Below, piece by piece: positions 33,478 through 47,184 of a stretch of DNA of 64,000 nt (position 1 is its first letter; each line of letters opens with the position of its first letter). Location of the stretch: assembly GCA_963667785.2 (NCBI GenBank), contig CAXXMU010000006.1, positions 32,001 through 96,000 of the forward strand. Reading direction: 5' to 3'. The position numbers and the translations under genes were made by a program. The stretch comes from Alphaproteobacteria bacterium. Lineage in GTDB: Bacteria; Pseudomonadota; Alphaproteobacteria; UBA828. The notes beneath the pieces are model-generated. The model worked only from the letters and a program-made list of their open reading frames with translations, was not told the DNA's origin and made no database searches.

Positions 33478-34635
33478 GTGAACGCCGACCGACGACCGGG
33501 CCCGGAGCGGGAGACGGTGCGCGTCGAGCTCGGCGCGCGCAGCTACGACGTGCTGGTGGGCGCCGGCCTCCTGCGCGAGGCGGGCCAGCGCCTGGCGCCG
33601 CTCCTCCCCGGCCGCTCGGCGGTCGTGATCACCGACCGCGTCGTCGCGGACCTCCACCTCGACGCGACGCTCGGTGCCCTGCGAGAGGCCGGCTTCGCCT
33701 GCTCCACGCTGATCGTCGAGCCCGGCGAGCGCAGCAAGGACCTGGCGACGCTTGCCGGCGTGCTGGAGGAGATCCTCGGCCGCGGCATCGAGCGGACGAC
33801 CGCGCTGGTGGCGCTCGGCGGCGGTGTGGTGGGCGACCTCACCGGCTTCGCCGCCAGCGTTCTCCTGCGCGGCGTGCCCTTCGTTCAGATCCCGACGACG
33901 CTTCTCGCCCAGGTCGACAGCGGCGTCGGCGGCAAGACCGGCGTGAACAGCGGCCACGGCAAGAACCTGATCGGCACCTTCTACCAGCCCAGGCTGGTGC
34001 TCGCCGACGTGGCGACGCTGGGCACGCTGCCCGCGCGCGAGCGGCTCGCCGGCTACGCCGAGATCGTCAAGTACGGCCTCATCGACGATCCCGCCCTCTT
34101 CGACTGGCTCGAAGGCAACGGCCAGACCCTCGTCGACGGCGACCGGGACCTGCTGCGCACCGCCGTGGCCCATGCCTGCCGGGCAAAGGCACGCATCGTC
34201 GCCAGCGACGAGCGCGAGAGCGGCAGCCGCGCGCTCCTCAATCTGGGCCACACGTTCGCGCATGCGCTGGAGGCGGAGGCCGGCTACGACGGATCACTCC
34301 TGCACGGCGAAGCGGTGGCCTGCGGCATCGTGCTCGCCCACCGGCTCTCCGCCGAGCTCGGCCATTGCGGCGCGGACGATGCCGCCCGGGTGGCGGCGCA
34401 TTTCCGCGCCGTCGGGTTGCCGAGCGAGGCGGGCGACCTGCCCGCGCACCGCTGGCACGTGCCCGCGCTGATCGAGCGCATGAAGCGCGACAAGAAGGTG
34501 CAGGACGGACGGATGACGTTCGTGCTCACGCGTGGCATCGGACGCGCCTTCCTCAGCCGGGACGTCCCGCAGGAGGCGCTCCGCGCCCTGCTCGACCGGG
34601 CGTTCGCATCGCCCGGCCGCGCGGAGACCCGCTGA
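33478..34635 (+). CDS. aroB: 3-dehydroquinate synthase
   Basis: GGGVVGDL, PTTLLAQVDS, GKNLIG, LNLGHTFAH, LLHGEAV. Confidence 0.96.
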   Translation: MNADRRPGPERETVRVELGARSYDVLVGAGLLREAGQRLAPLLPGRSAVVITDRVVADLHLDATLGALREAGFACSTLIVEPGERSKDLATLAGVLEEILGRGIERTTALVALGGGVVGDLTGFAASVLLRGVPFVQIPTTLLAQVDSGVGGKTGVNSGHGKNLIGTFYQPRLVLADVATLGTLPARERLAGYAEIVKYGLIDDPALFDWLEGNGQTLVDGDRDLLRTAVAHACRAKARIVASDERESGSRALLNLGHTFAHALEAEAGYDGSLLHGEAVACGIVLAHRLSAELGHCGADDAARVAAHFRAVGLPSEAGDLPAHRWHVPALIERMKRDKKVQDGRMTFVLTRGIGRAFLSRDVPQEALRALLDRAFASPGRAETR

Positions 34636-34669
34636 CCCCACCGCAAACCCCAACCCCGACGACACGGCC

Positions 34670-35962
34670 ATGACCACCGAAACTGCCATCTCCATCGGCG
34701 CGATCGGACTCCTGATCGCGCTATCGGGCTTCTTCTCCGGCTCGGAGACCGCATTGACCGCGGCCTCCCGCCCGCGCATCCACCATCTCGCCGGTGGCGG
34801 CGACAAGCGCGCTCGCGCGGTCGCGCGGCTCACCGACGACCGCGAGCGGCTGATCGGCGCGATCCTGCTGGGCAACAACGCCGTCAACATCCTCGCCTCG
34901 GCGCTGGCCACCAGCGTGCTGATCTCGTTCGTGGGCGATGCCGGCGTGGCCTACGCGACGATCGGCATGACGCTGGTCATCGTGGTCTTCGCCGAGGTCC
35001 TGCCGAAGACCTACGCGATCCGCCACCCTGACCGCATGGCGCTCCGGGTGGCGCCGCTGCTCGGCCCCGTCGTGTGGCTGCTCTCGCCCGCCGTCGGCGC
35101 GGTGCGGCTGGTCGTCTCCGCCGCGCTCGGCGCTGCCGGTGTCTCCCCGGGGACGAGGACGCCAGACGCCGCCGAGGAGGAGCTACGCGGCACCATAACC
35201 CTGCAGGCGCAGGAAGGCGCCATGGTCAAGCACGAGCGCGACATGCTGCACAGCATCCTCGACCTCGACGAGGTCGACGTCGGCTCGGTGATGACCCACC
35301 GCAAGACCATGGAGATGATCGACGCCGATGCGGCGCCCGCCGCCATCCTCGACCAAGTCGTGCAAAGCCCGTTCACGCGCCTGCCGGTCTGGAAAGGCGA
35401 GCCCGACAACATCGTCGGCGTGCTGCACGCCAAGGACCTGCTGCGTGCGGTGCATGCCAACCTCGACGATCTCGATCAACTCGACGTTCTCTCGATCGTG
35501 ACGGAGCCCTGGTTCGTGCCCGAGACGACGCCGCTCGACGAGCAGCTCCACGCCTTCCGCGAGCGCCGGGCGCACTTCGCCCTCATCGTCGACGAGTACG
35601 GCTCGCTGATGGGGCTCGTGACCCTGGAAGACGTGATCGAGGAGATCGTGGGCGAGATCGTGGACGAACACGACGTCGCCGGCGGCGACGCGGTGGAGAG
35701 GCCCGACGGCTCGTTCCTGATTCCGGGCACCGCCGCGATCCGCGACCTCAACCGGGCCTACGACTGGGATCTCCCCGACGAGGAAGCCGCGACGATAGCG
35801 GGCCTGGTGCTGAACGAAGCGCAGGAGATCCCCGAGGTGGGTGAATCGTTCACGCTGTACGGCTTCACCTTCGAGATCCGCGCCCGCAAGCGCAACCAGA
35901 TCACCCGGCTGCGCGTGATCCCGCGCCCGCGCGGCGGTGCGGGCGGCGCAGGCGACGCCTGA
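34670..35962 (+). CDS. HlyC/CorC (CNNM) family membrane protein with CBS domains
   Basis: FFSGSETA, AEVLPKT, VDEYGSLMGLVTLEDVIEEIVGEI. Confidence 0.92.
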   Translation: MTTETAISIGAIGLLIALSGFFSGSETALTAASRPRIHHLAGGGDKRARAVARLTDDRERLIGAILLGNNAVNILASALATSVLISFVGDAGVAYATIGMTLVIVVFAEVLPKTYAIRHPDRMALRVAPLLGPVVWLLSPAVGAVRLVVSAALGAAGVSPGTRTPDAAEEELRGTITLQAQEGAMVKHERDMLHSILDLDEVDVGSVMTHRKTMEMIDADAAPAAILDQVVQSPFTRLPVWKGEPDNIVGVLHAKDLLRAVHANLDDLDQLDVLSIVTEPWFVPETTPLDEQLHAFRERRAHFALIVDEYGSLMGLVTLEDVIEEIVGEIVDEHDVAGGDAVERPDGSFLIPGTAAIRDLNRAYDWDLPDEEAATIAGLVLNEAQEIPEVGESFTLYGFTFEIRARKRNQITRLRVIPRPRGGAGGAGDA

Positions 35963-36155
35963 GGCCCCTCGGACCGGGGCCGGCGCAGGGCAGCACGCGG
36001 GTTGCGCCTCGCGCCCTGAGCCCCCATGTCCCGGCGGGAGAGCGGGCTGACGCGGCGGCGCGACGCCGGTGAACGACGACGCAAACGGAGACGAGGTTCC
36101 GATTGCCGGGGCCCTGCCTCATGCTATTAAGGAGGCGTTGCGAGCGGGCGAGTCG

Positions 36156-37112
36156 ATGAACAGTTATCTCGATTTCGAAAAGCCGATCGCGGAGATCGAG
36201 GGCAAGCTCCAGGAGCTTCGCCACCTCAGCGACGACAGCGGCGTCAACATGCTCGACGAGGTCACGCGCCTCGAGGGCAAGGTTGACCGCCTGCTCAAGC
36301 AGACCTACAGCCGCCTCACCCCCTGGCAGAAGACGCAGGTCGCCCGCCATCAGCTGCGCCCGCACGCGACCGACTACATCACCCGCCTCGTCACCGACTT
36401 CGTGCCGCTCGCGGGCGATCGCGCCTTCGGCGACGACCGCGCCGTGATCGGCGGGCTGGGGCGGCTGCGCGGCTACACGACCATGATCATCGGCCAGGAG
36501 AAGGGCGCCGACACGGAGGGCCGGGTCGCGCACAACTTCGGCATGGCCAATCCCGAAGGCTACCGCAAGGCGATACGCCTGCTGCGGCTGGCCGAGCGCT
36601 TCGACGTGCCGGTGCTGACCCTGATCGACACGCCCGGCGCCCATCCCGGCGTGGGCGCCGAGGAGCGCGGGCAGGCCGAGGCCATCGCCCGCTGCATCGA
36701 GGCCGGTCTCGACGTCAGGGTGCCCGTGGTAGCGCTGATCATCGGCGAGGGCGGCTCGGGCGGGGCGATCGCGCTTGGCGTCGCCAACAGCGTGCTGATG
36801 ATGGAGCACGCGATCTATTCGGTCATCTCGCCGGAGGGGTGCGCGTCGATCCTGTGGCGCGACGCCGCCCATGCCGAAGCGGCGGCGGAGGCGCTGCGGC
36901 TCACCGCCGAGGACCTGCAGGAGCTCGGCGTCGTCGACGGGATCGTGCCGGAGCCCGTGGGAGGCGCCCATCGCGATGCGGCGAGCGCCATCGACGCCGC
37001 AGGCGCCGCGCTCGAGGACGCGTTCGCCGGGCTGCGCGATCGAGACGGCCCGACGCTGCGCAGCCTCCGGCGCGAGAAGTTCCTGGCGCTCGGCGCCGTC
37101 GCCGCGACTTAG
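36156..37112 (+). CDS. accA: Acetyl-CoA carboxylase carboxyltransferase alpha
   Basis: YLDFEKPI, PEGYRKA, DTPGA, GEGGSGGA, YSVISPEGCASILW. Confidence 0.96.
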   Translation: MNSYLDFEKPIAEIEGKLQELRHLSDDSGVNMLDEVTRLEGKVDRLLKQTYSRLTPWQKTQVARHQLRPHATDYITRLVTDFVPLAGDRAFGDDRAVIGGLGRLRGYTTMIIGQEKGADTEGRVAHNFGMANPEGYRKAIRLLRLAERFDVPVLTLIDTPGAHPGVGAEERGQAEAIARCIEAGLDVRVPVVALIIGEGGSGGAIALGVANSVLMMEHAIYSVISPEGCASILWRDAAHAEAAAEALRLTAEDLQELGVVDGIVPEPVGGAHRDAASAIDAAGAALEDAFAGLRDRDGPTLRSLRREKFLALGAVAAT

Positions 37113-37161
37113 CCTCCCAGACGCACGAATCCGGCGTCGCGGCCGGCCTCGGCAGAGGCCG

Positions 37162-37935
37162 CTAGCGTGAGACCTGGGCCAAGCGCAGGTTGCGGATGCG
37201 GCGGCGCGCGATCTCGGCCCGCACCCGCGGGATCAGCACCGTCAGGTAATAGGCCATGAAGCCCGCCGCCATGAGCAGCAGCGGCGCCACCATGGAGCTG
37301 TCGATCGAGGGGCTGTCGATCTTCGAGATCGTCGCCGGCTGGTGCAGCGTGTTCCACCAGTCGACGGAGAACTTGACGATGGGGACGTTGACCACGCCCA
37401 CCAGCGCCAGGATCGCGGCGGCGCGGGCACCCTTGGCCGGATCGTCGAAAGCGGCGTGCAGCGCGATATAGCCGAGATAGAGGAAGAGCAGCACCAGCAT
37501 CGACGTGAGCCGCGCGTCCCACACCCACCAAGTGCCCCACATCGGCTGGCCCCAGAGCGAGCCGCTCAAGAGCGTGATGAGGGTAAAGGCCGCACCGACC
37601 GGCGCGCTCGACTTGGCCACCAGGTCCGCCAGCGGATGGCGCCAGACGAGGCCGGCCACGCTGCACAGCGCGATCACGACATAGACGAAGAGCGACATCC
37701 ACGCCGCCGGCACGTGAACGAAGATGATGCGGTAGGCGTCGCCCTGCTGGTAGTCGGGCGGCGCGACGTAGAGGCCGAGCACGAGACCGGCCGCGATCAG
37801 CGCCGCCGTCGCAGCCGCGGCCCAGGGATAGACCGCCCGCGCCGCACGCAGGAAGCGCGCGGGATTGGCGAAGAAGTGGATGCTCGTCCATCCGGCCTTC
37901 GCCCGCCTCGTGGCACCCGTCGCCCGCGTCGCCAT
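37162..37935 (-). CDS. ccmC: Heme exporter CcmC
   Basis: HVPAAW, WGQPMWGTWWVWDARLT, WWNTLHQ. Confidence 0.96.
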   Translation of the reverse strand: MATRATGATRRAKAGWTSIHFFANPARFLRAARAVYPWAAAATAALIAAGLVLGLYVAPPDYQQGDAYRIIFVHVPAAWMSLFVYVVIALCSVAGLVWRHPLADLVAKSSAPVGAAFTLITLLSGSLWGQPMWGTWWVWDARLTSMLVLLFLYLGYIALHAAFDDPAKGARAAAILALVGVVNVPIVKFSVDWWNTLHQPATISKIDSPSIDSSMVAPLLLMAAGFMAYYLTVLIPRVRAEIARRRIRNLRLAQVSR

Positions 37936-37948
37936 CGTCGCTTCCGAC

Positions 37949-38617
37949 CTATTCCACCGTCATGCGCAGCGCCGCCGCCGCCGCCAGCGGGCCGAGCACC
38001 AGCGCGCCCACCAGTCCGCCCGCGAGGATGGACAGGTTGGCGCGCACGCCGACATCGAGCACGGCGCCCTCGACCGCGCCCACGCCGAATATGAGAACCG
38101 GAACATAGAGCGGCAAGACCAGAAGCGCGATCAGCGCGCCGCCGCGTCGGAGGCCCACGGTCAGCGCCGCGCCGACGGCGCCGATGAGGCTGAGGAGCGG
38201 CGTGCCCAGCAGGAGCGAGACGACCAGGACGACGAGCCCGTCCACGCTCATGTTCAGCAGGATCGCCAGCACCGGCGCCGCGGCAGCCAGCGGCAGCCCG
38301 GTGGTGAGCCAGTGCGCGATGGTCTTGGCAAGCACCACGAATTCCAGCGGCAGCGCGCCGAGCATCAGCAGCTCGAGGCTGCCGTCCTCATGGTCGGCGA
38401 CGAAGAGGCGATCGAGCGAGAGCAGCGCCGCGAGCAGCGCCGCCACCCAGACGACGCCGGGCGCGATGCGGCTGAGCAGGCCGAGCTCGGGCCCGACGCC
38501 GAGAGGAAAGAGGGTCACGGCAAGGACGAAGAAGACGACCGCCATCAGGGAGCCGATGCCGCCCCGCACCGCGAGCGTGAGCTCGCGGCCCACGAGGCGG
38601 AAGAACACGCCTACCAC
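37949..38617 (-). CDS. ccmB: Heme exporter CcmB
   Basis: FPLGVGP, DHEDGSLE, LPLYVPVLIFG. Confidence 0.95.
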   Translation of the reverse strand: MVGVFFRLVGRELTLAVRGGIGSLMAVVFFVLAVTLFPLGVGPELGLLSRIAPGVVWVAALLAALLSLDRLFVADHEDGSLELLMLGALPLEFVVLAKTIAHWLTTGLPLAAAAPVLAILLNMSVDGLVVLVVSLLLGTPLLSLIGAVGAALTVGLRRGGALIALLVLPLYVPVLIFGVGAVEGAVLDVGVRANLSILAGGLVGALVLGPLAAAAALRMTVE

Positions 38618-39393
38618 GCCTCGTGCTCCGGCTCCGGCTCCGGCCCCGCTCCGGTCTTGTCGCCGCCGGCTAGCAGCGCATCGGCGGCGATCGCGTGGCG
38701 GTCGAGATCGAGGCGCCGGGCGCCCTCGAGCGCGAGCTCCCCGTGGGTGGCCACGACTGCCATGCCGCCCGCCGCCCGGTGCCGGTCGATCATGGCGGCG
38801 ACGCGCGCGGCCGCCTCGGCATCGAGCGTGACCGTGGGCTCGTCGAGGAGCCAGAGAGGCGCCGGTGTCGCCAGCAGGCGGGCGAGCGCGAGCCGCCGCC
38901 GCTGCCCCGCCGAGAGGTAGCGCCCCGGCACGTCGGCGAGGTCCTCGATCCCGAGCGCCGCGAGCGCGCCTGCGTCGGCCCGCGCGCGACCGCGGAGATG
39001 GGCCCAGCCGTCCAGGGTCTCGGTCGCGGTGAGCGTCGGCTTCACCGCGTCGAGATGGCCGATGTAGTGGAGCCGGCTGCGATGGGCAGGCCAGTCGTCG
39101 TCCAGCGGGGCGCCGTCCCAGCGGAGCGTGCCGCCGGCGCGCCCGAGGAGGCCCGCCAGGATGCGGAGCAGGCTCGACTTGCCCGCGCCGTTGGCGCCGA
39201 CGAGCGCGAGCGCGCCGCCGGGCTCCAGGCTGAACGAGACGCCGGAGAAGACCGGGCGCTCGCCGCGAATGCAGGCCACGTCCTGCGCCTCGAAGCGGGC
39301 CGCGCCGGGCGCGCCGTTATCCGGGCCGGGAATCTTGCACCCCTCTCCGGTCGGGCCTAGAAGGTCCGGGAACGCCGAGCCTATCGGCGGCAT
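38611..39393 (-). CDS. ccmA: Heme export ATPase CcmA
   Basis: [26 protein letters not shown]; start uncertain. Confidence 0.9.
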   Translation of the reverse strand: MPPIGSAFPDLLGPTGEGCKIPGPDNGAPGAARFEAQDVACIRGERPVFSGVSFSLEPGGALALVGANGAGKSSLLRILAGLLGRAGGTLRWDGAPLDDDWPAHRSRLHYIGHLDAVKPTLTATETLDGWAHLRGRARADAGALAALGIEDLADVPGRYLSAGQRRRLALARLLATPAPLWLLDEPTVTLDAEAAARVAAMIDRHRAAGGMAVVATHGELALEGARRLDLDRHAIAADALLAGGDKTGAGPEPEPEHEAW

Positions 39394-39452
39394 GCGTGCG
39401 CGGCAAGAAGGCCGCGCGCCCCGCTCGCGGCGCCGGAAGAAGGAGCAGCCCG

Positions 39453-42145
<2,693 letters not shown>

Positions 42146-42149
<4 letters not shown>

Positions 42150-43834
42150 CGAAGTGCCCCCTCGGCGGCCCGGCCGGACGCCGGCGCCGCATCCGCACCG
42201 GCCGTCGGATCGCCCAGCAGGTCGAGCGCGAGCGCGCGGAGCCTGTGCTTCTGCACCTTGCCGCTCGCGGTCATGGGGAAGGCATCGAGCGGGAGCGCGT
42301 GGCGCGGCGCCTTGAAGCTCGCGATCCGGCCCTTGCAGAAGGCGGCGACGTCTGCGCTCGTGACGGTCGCACCCGCCGCCGGGACGACGAAGGCGACGGC
42401 GACCTCCCCCAGCCGGGGATCCGGGTAGCCCACCACCGCCACCTGGTCGATCGCCTCGTGGGCCATGAGGAAGGCCTCGACCTCCGCCGGTGCCACGTTC
42501 TCGCCGCCGACCCTGAGCTGGTCCTTGAAGCGGCCGACGAAGCGGATGTGCCCGTCGGCGCGGAGCACCACAGTGTCCCCAGTATGGAGCCAGCCGTCGC
42601 CGTCGATGGCCTCGGCGGTCTCCTCGGGCTTTTCGTAGTAGCCCTGGGTGATCATGTAGCCGCGGATCAGGAGCTCGCCCTCCTGGCCCGCCGCCACGTC
42701 CCGGCCGCTCTCGGGATCGACGATCCTGATCTCGAAGCCCGGCGCGGGGAAGCCCGAGGCGTCCGAGCGCTGCTCGGGCGTCGACGTTCCGAAGGACATG
42801 GTGGCGAAGGTGAAGGTCTCGGTCATGCCCCAGCCGGTGAAGGTCGGCACCATCTCGGCCTGCACGCGCCGGGCGATGCGGGCCGAGCTTGTCATGCCGG
42901 ACGGGAAGGTGCCGAAGCGGAGGCTGGAGATGTCGCGCGGGGTGCGCGCGAGCGAATCCAGATACTCCTTGTAGTGGGTATCGAAGCCGTGGGTGACGGT
43001 GCCGTTCTCGGCCTCGACCAGGCGCATGCACTCGTCGGCGTCGAAGCGGTCCAGCAGCACGTGCCTGGCGCCCGCGATCACCGCGATCAGCCCGGCCTCG
43101 CTGAAGCCGTACATGTGGAAGAGCGGCAGCGGGTTGACGATCACGTCCTCGAAGGTGAGGCCGATCCGGTTGGCCCGCTCGCGCATGTTGCGGATCATCA
43201 CGTGGGTGTGCAGCACGCCCTTGGGATGCCCGGTGGTGCCCGAGGTGTAGCCGATCATCACGGGCTCGTCGGGATCGACCGCGCGCGCCCGCTCGCCGAG
43301 CGCGGCGTCGCTCACCGCCTCGCCCGCGGCCAGCATCGCCTCCCAGTCCAGCATGCCGGGCACGGCGCGCTCGCCGACCACGACGAGGCGACGCAGCCTG
43401 GGAAAGCCCTCGATGGCCGCCGCCCGCGGGTCCTGTGCAGCCAGCCCTGGCAGCACGTCCGCCAGCATGGCGGCGTAGTCCACCGGGCCGGAGCGGTCGA
43501 CGCTGATCCAGGTGCCGCTGTCGGACTGGCGCACGGTATAGGCCACGTCGTCGGTGCGGTAGCGGGTGTTGAGCGGCACCAGCACGGCGCCGACCTTGGC
43601 GATGGCGAAGGTGAGGAAGAGCCATTCCGCCCGGTTGTTCATCCAGAGCGCGACGTGTTCGCCCGGCTCCACGCCGAGCGCGATCAGGCCCTTGGCGACG
43701 CGGTCGACCTCCCTGTCGAAGGCGCCGTAGGTCCAGCGGCGGCCGTCGCAGACCAGCGCCTCGCGCGCGCCCCAGCGCCGGGCCGCCTCGGCCGGCAGGT
43801 CGCCCAGCCGCTCCTTCGGGTACCACTCGCCCAT
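42146..43834 (-). CDS. AMP-dependent acyl-CoA synthetase
   Basis: [30 protein letters not shown]. Confidence 0.9.
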
Positions 43835-43853
43835 GGTGCGTGCGTGCCCTCCC

Positions 43854-46301
43854 TCAGCCCCGGAGCCGCGCGCCGGCGGGATCGTAGAAGGGCCTGAGGG
43901 ACACCGTCGCCGGCACGCGCTCGCCGGCGATATCGACCTCGTAGGCGCCGTCGTCCAGCGCCTGCCAGGCACGCGGGCGCTCGCTCTCAAGATAGCCCAT
44001 GCCGACCGGCCGCCCGAGGCTGTAGCCGAAGGCGGCAGACGTGATGCGGCCCGCGACTCGGCCGTCCCGGTAGATCGTCTCGTCATGGAACATCAGCGGC
44101 TCGGGCGCATCGAGGCGGACGTGAACGAGGCGCTGGCGGAGGCCCTCCGCCCGCTGGCGCTCCAGTGCGTCCCGGCCGATGAAGGCGGCCTCCTTCCTGA
44201 ACGAGACGGCGAAGCCGAGGCCCGCCTCCAGCGGCGTCTCGGCCGGGGTGATGTCGTGACCCCAGTGGCGGTAGCCCTTCTCGCTCCTGAGCGAATCCAT
44301 CGCGTGCATGCCGCAGAGCCTGACGCCGAGATCGGCGCCCGCCTCCAGCAGCCGGTCGAACACCGGCACGACGAACTCGGTGGCGAGGTGCAGCTCCCAG
44401 CCGAGCTCGCCGACGTAGGAGACGCGCATGGCCCGGGCCGGGGCGTAGCCGACGTCGATCTCCCGGCTGGTGCCGAAGGGGAAGGCCTCGCCGGAGAGGT
44501 CGGCGTCGCTGAGGCGGGCGAGCAGCGCGCGGGCCTCCGGCCCCATCACGGCGAGGACGCCCGAGCCCGAGGTCACGTCGGTAAGATAGACCCGCGCGCC
44601 CTCGCTCAGGTTGCGCTCGATCCAGGTGAGGTCGCGCCGCTGCGAAGCGGTCGCCGTCACCACCAGGTAGCGATCCTCCGCGAGCCGGGTGACCGTCAGA
44701 TCGGCCTCGATCCCGCCCCGCCGGTTGAGGAGCTGGGTGTAGACGATCCGGCCCGCCGGCACCGCGACGTCGTTGGCGCAGATGCGCTGCAGCTCGCGCT
44801 CGGCATCGGGGCCCTGGACCAGGTACTTGGCGAAGGAGCTCATGTCGAGGATGCCGACGGCCTCGCGCACGGCGCGGTGCTCCTCGCCCACGCAGTCGAA
44901 CCAGTTCTGCTTCCCCCAGGCGTATTCGTAGGCCGGCTCGACGCCTTCGGGCGCGAACCAGTTGGCGCGCTCCCAGCCTGCGGTCTCGCCGAAGCAGGCG
45001 TTGTGGGCGGCAAGGCGGGCGTGCAGCGGGCTGAGCCGCACCGGACGCGCCGTCTCCACCTGGCGATGCGGCCAGTGCATGGCGAAGAGCAGGCCCAGGC
45101 TCTCCCGCGTGCGGTCGGCGAGATAGCGGCGGTTGTTCTGGAAACCGGCGAAGCGGGAGATGTCGAGCTCGGCGAGGTCCACGGTCGGCTGGCCCTCGAC
45201 GATCCACTCCGCCATCACCTTGCCGGCGCCGGGAGCGCTGAGAATGCCCTGCGAGTTGAAGCCGGCGGCAACGAAGAAGCGCGCGAGCTCCGGCGCCTCG
45301 CCGAGCACGAACCTGTTGTCGGGCGTGAAGCTCTCCGGCCCGTTCAGGAACTGGCGGATGGGCGCCTGCTCGAGCACCGGCAGGAGCTCGATGGCGTTGC
45401 TCATGGGCGCCTCGAAATGCTCCCAGTCCTCCGGCAGCTCGATGAACTCGGCGCCCGCCGGCAGCTTCTCCAGGGGCAGCGGCTTGGCCTCGGGCTCGAA
45501 GGAGCCGACGAGAAGGCGGCCTGCGTCCTCCTTCACGTAGATGAAGCCGTCGGTGTCGCGGACGATCGGCGTGTCGGGCGAGAGGCCCTCGATCGGCTCG
45601 GTGACGACGTACATGTGCTCGGCCGCATGGAGCGGCACGCCGACGCCCGCCATCAGGCCGATCTCGCGGGCCCAGATGCCGCCGCAGTTGACGACGGTCT
45701 CGCAGGCGATGGTGCCGCGTGCGGTGCGGACGCCCGCGACGGCCCCGTTGCGGCGCTCGAAGCCGGTGACCTCGGTCTCCTCGACGATGCGCGCGCCGCC
45801 CGTGCGCGCGCCCTTGGCGAGCGCCATGGCGGTATCGACCGGATTGGTCTGGCCGTCGCCGGGGATGTAGATGGCGCCCTTGATGCGGGAGACGTCCATC
45901 AGCGGATAGAGCGCCTTCACCTCGTTCAGCCCGACCTCGTAGGCCTCGACGCCGAAGCAGTCGCCAAGCGCCGCCATGCGCCTGATCTCGGTGAGCCGGG
46001 CGTCGGTCCGGGCGACGGGGAGGCTGCCCTTGCGGCGGAAGCCGGTCGCCTGGCCGGTCTCGGCCTCCAGCGATTCGTAGAGGCCGACGGCGTAGCGGGC
46101 GAGCTCCGTCAGCGTGGAGGTGGCGCGGAGCTGGTTGACCAGGCCGGCCGCGTGCCACGAGGTGCCGCCGGTGAGGTGCCCGCGCTCCAGCAGCACCACG
46201 TCCCGCCGCCCGAGCTTGGTCAGGTGATAGGCGATGCTGCAGCCGACGATGCCGCCGCCGACGATGACTGTCTCGGCCTGGGTGGGGAACGCCTCCGTCA
46301 T
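43854..46301 (-). CDS. GcvT-family FAD oxidoreductase (sarcosine/dimethylglycine dehydrogenase-like)
   Basis: GGGIVG, SWHAAG, NGPESFTPD, SYVGELGWE, LRSEKGY. Confidence 0.9.
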   Translation of the reverse strand: MTEAFPTQAETVIVGGGIVGCSIAYHLTKLGRRDVVLLERGHLTGGTSWHAAGLVNQLRATSTLTELARYAVGLYESLEAETGQATGFRRKGSLPVARTDARLTEIRRMAALGDCFGVEAYEVGLNEVKALYPLMDVSRIKGAIYIPGDGQTNPVDTAMALAKGARTGGARIVEETEVTGFERRNGAVAGVRTARGTIACETVVNCGGIWAREIGLMAGVGVPLHAAEHMYVVTEPIEGLSPDTPIVRDTDGFIYVKEDAGRLLVGSFEPEAKPLPLEKLPAGAEFIELPEDWEHFEAPMSNAIELLPVLEQAPIRQFLNGPESFTPDNRFVLGEAPELARFFVAAGFNSQGILSAPGAGKVMAEWIVEGQPTVDLAELDISRFAGFQNNRRYLADRTRESLGLLFAMHWPHRQVETARPVRLSPLHARLAAHNACFGETAGWERANWFAPEGVEPAYEYAWGKQNWFDCVGEEHRAVREAVGILDMSSFAKYLVQGPDAERELQRICANDVAVPAGRIVYTQLLNRRGGIEADLTVTRLAEDRYLVVTATASQRRDLTWIERNLSEGARVYLTDVTSGSGVLAVMGPEARALLARLSDADLSGEAFPFGTSREIDVGYAPARAMRVSYVGELGWELHLATEFVVPVFDRLLEAGADLGVRLCGMHAMDSLRSEKGYRHWGHDITPAETPLEAGLGFAVSFRKEAAFIGRDALERQRAEGLRQRLVHVRLDAPEPLMFHDETIYRDGRVAGRITSAAFGYSLGRPVGMGYLESERPRAWQALDDGAYEVDIAGERVPATVSLRPFYDPAGARLRG

Positions 46302-46438
46302 CGCCCGAGCGCCCGCACGGGGCCTCCTTCGTCGCGCCGCGTCATGCTGCGGGACTCCCTAGCACGGGCGCTCGCGGCGGAAAAAGGGAGCCGGGAGACG
46401 CGGCCCGGGCGCCGGCGCCCAGACAGGGACGCGGGGGT

Positions 46439-46467
46439 TTGCATTCCCGCCGCGCTCTTCGCATAGT
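46439..46467 (+). promoter_or_regulatory. Putative sigma70 promoter of peroxiredoxin
   Basis: TTGCAT-N17-CATAGT. Confidence 0.4.
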
Positions 46468-46521
46468 GCGCCGCAACCGGGCCCGGCCCGGCAACCGGAC
46501 ATCCGAGAGGAGAGGGAGATT

Positions 46522-47007
46522 ATGGCAATCAGCGCGGGCGACAAGGTGCCCTCTGTCAACTTCAAGCAGCTTACCGCAGACGGGCTCACGGACGTCTCGA
46601 GCGACGCGTACCTCGCGGGCAAGAAGACCGCGCTCTTCGCGGTCCCCGGCGCGTTCACGCCGACCTGCTCGGCCAAGCACGTGCCGAGCTTCCTGGCGCA
46701 GGCGGACGCGCTCAGGGCCAAGGGCGTCGACCAGATCGCCTGCGTCTCGGTCAACGACGCGTTCGTGATGAAGAAGTGGGGCGAGGACACCTCGGCGGCC
46801 GGCACCATCGACATGCTGGCGGACGGCAACGGCGAGTTCGCGCGGGCGACGGGGCTCACCCTCGACGGCACCGGCTTCGGCCTCGGCGAGCGGACGACCC
46901 GCTTCTCCATGATCATCGACGACGGCACGGTGACCGTCCTCAACGTGGAGGAGAACCCGGCGGAGATGGACGTGAGCAGCGCGGAGCACATGCTCTCGCA
47001 GCTCTGA
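46522..47007 (+). CDS. Peroxiredoxin, Prx5 type
   Basis: PGAFTPTCSAKH, SVNDAFVM, ADGNGEF. Confidence 0.93.
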   Translation: MAISAGDKVPSVNFKQLTADGLTDVSSDAYLAGKKTALFAVPGAFTPTCSAKHVPSFLAQADALRAKGVDQIACVSVNDAFVMKKWGEDTSAAGTIDMLADGNGEFARATGLTLDGTGFGLGERTTRFSMIIDDGTVTVLNVEENPAEMDVSSAEHMLSQL

Positions 47008-47184
47008 TCCGGCCATCCCCGACGCGGCCCCCGCAAAAGGCGCTTGCGCGGCGGGCCGCGCGCACCACATTGTCAGGCATCGGCGGCCGCACGGCGCGCG
47101 TGGGGCCGCTCGACCCCGTTTCGGAACGGCGGCCGGCCCGGATTCGCGGCCGGCGCGCGGAAGCTCAGGAGGAGACATAAGGCG

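Noticed and set aside
37113-37161. ccmD after ccmC
   Set aside because: Only about 50 bp before convergent accA, so no room; probably located elsewhere
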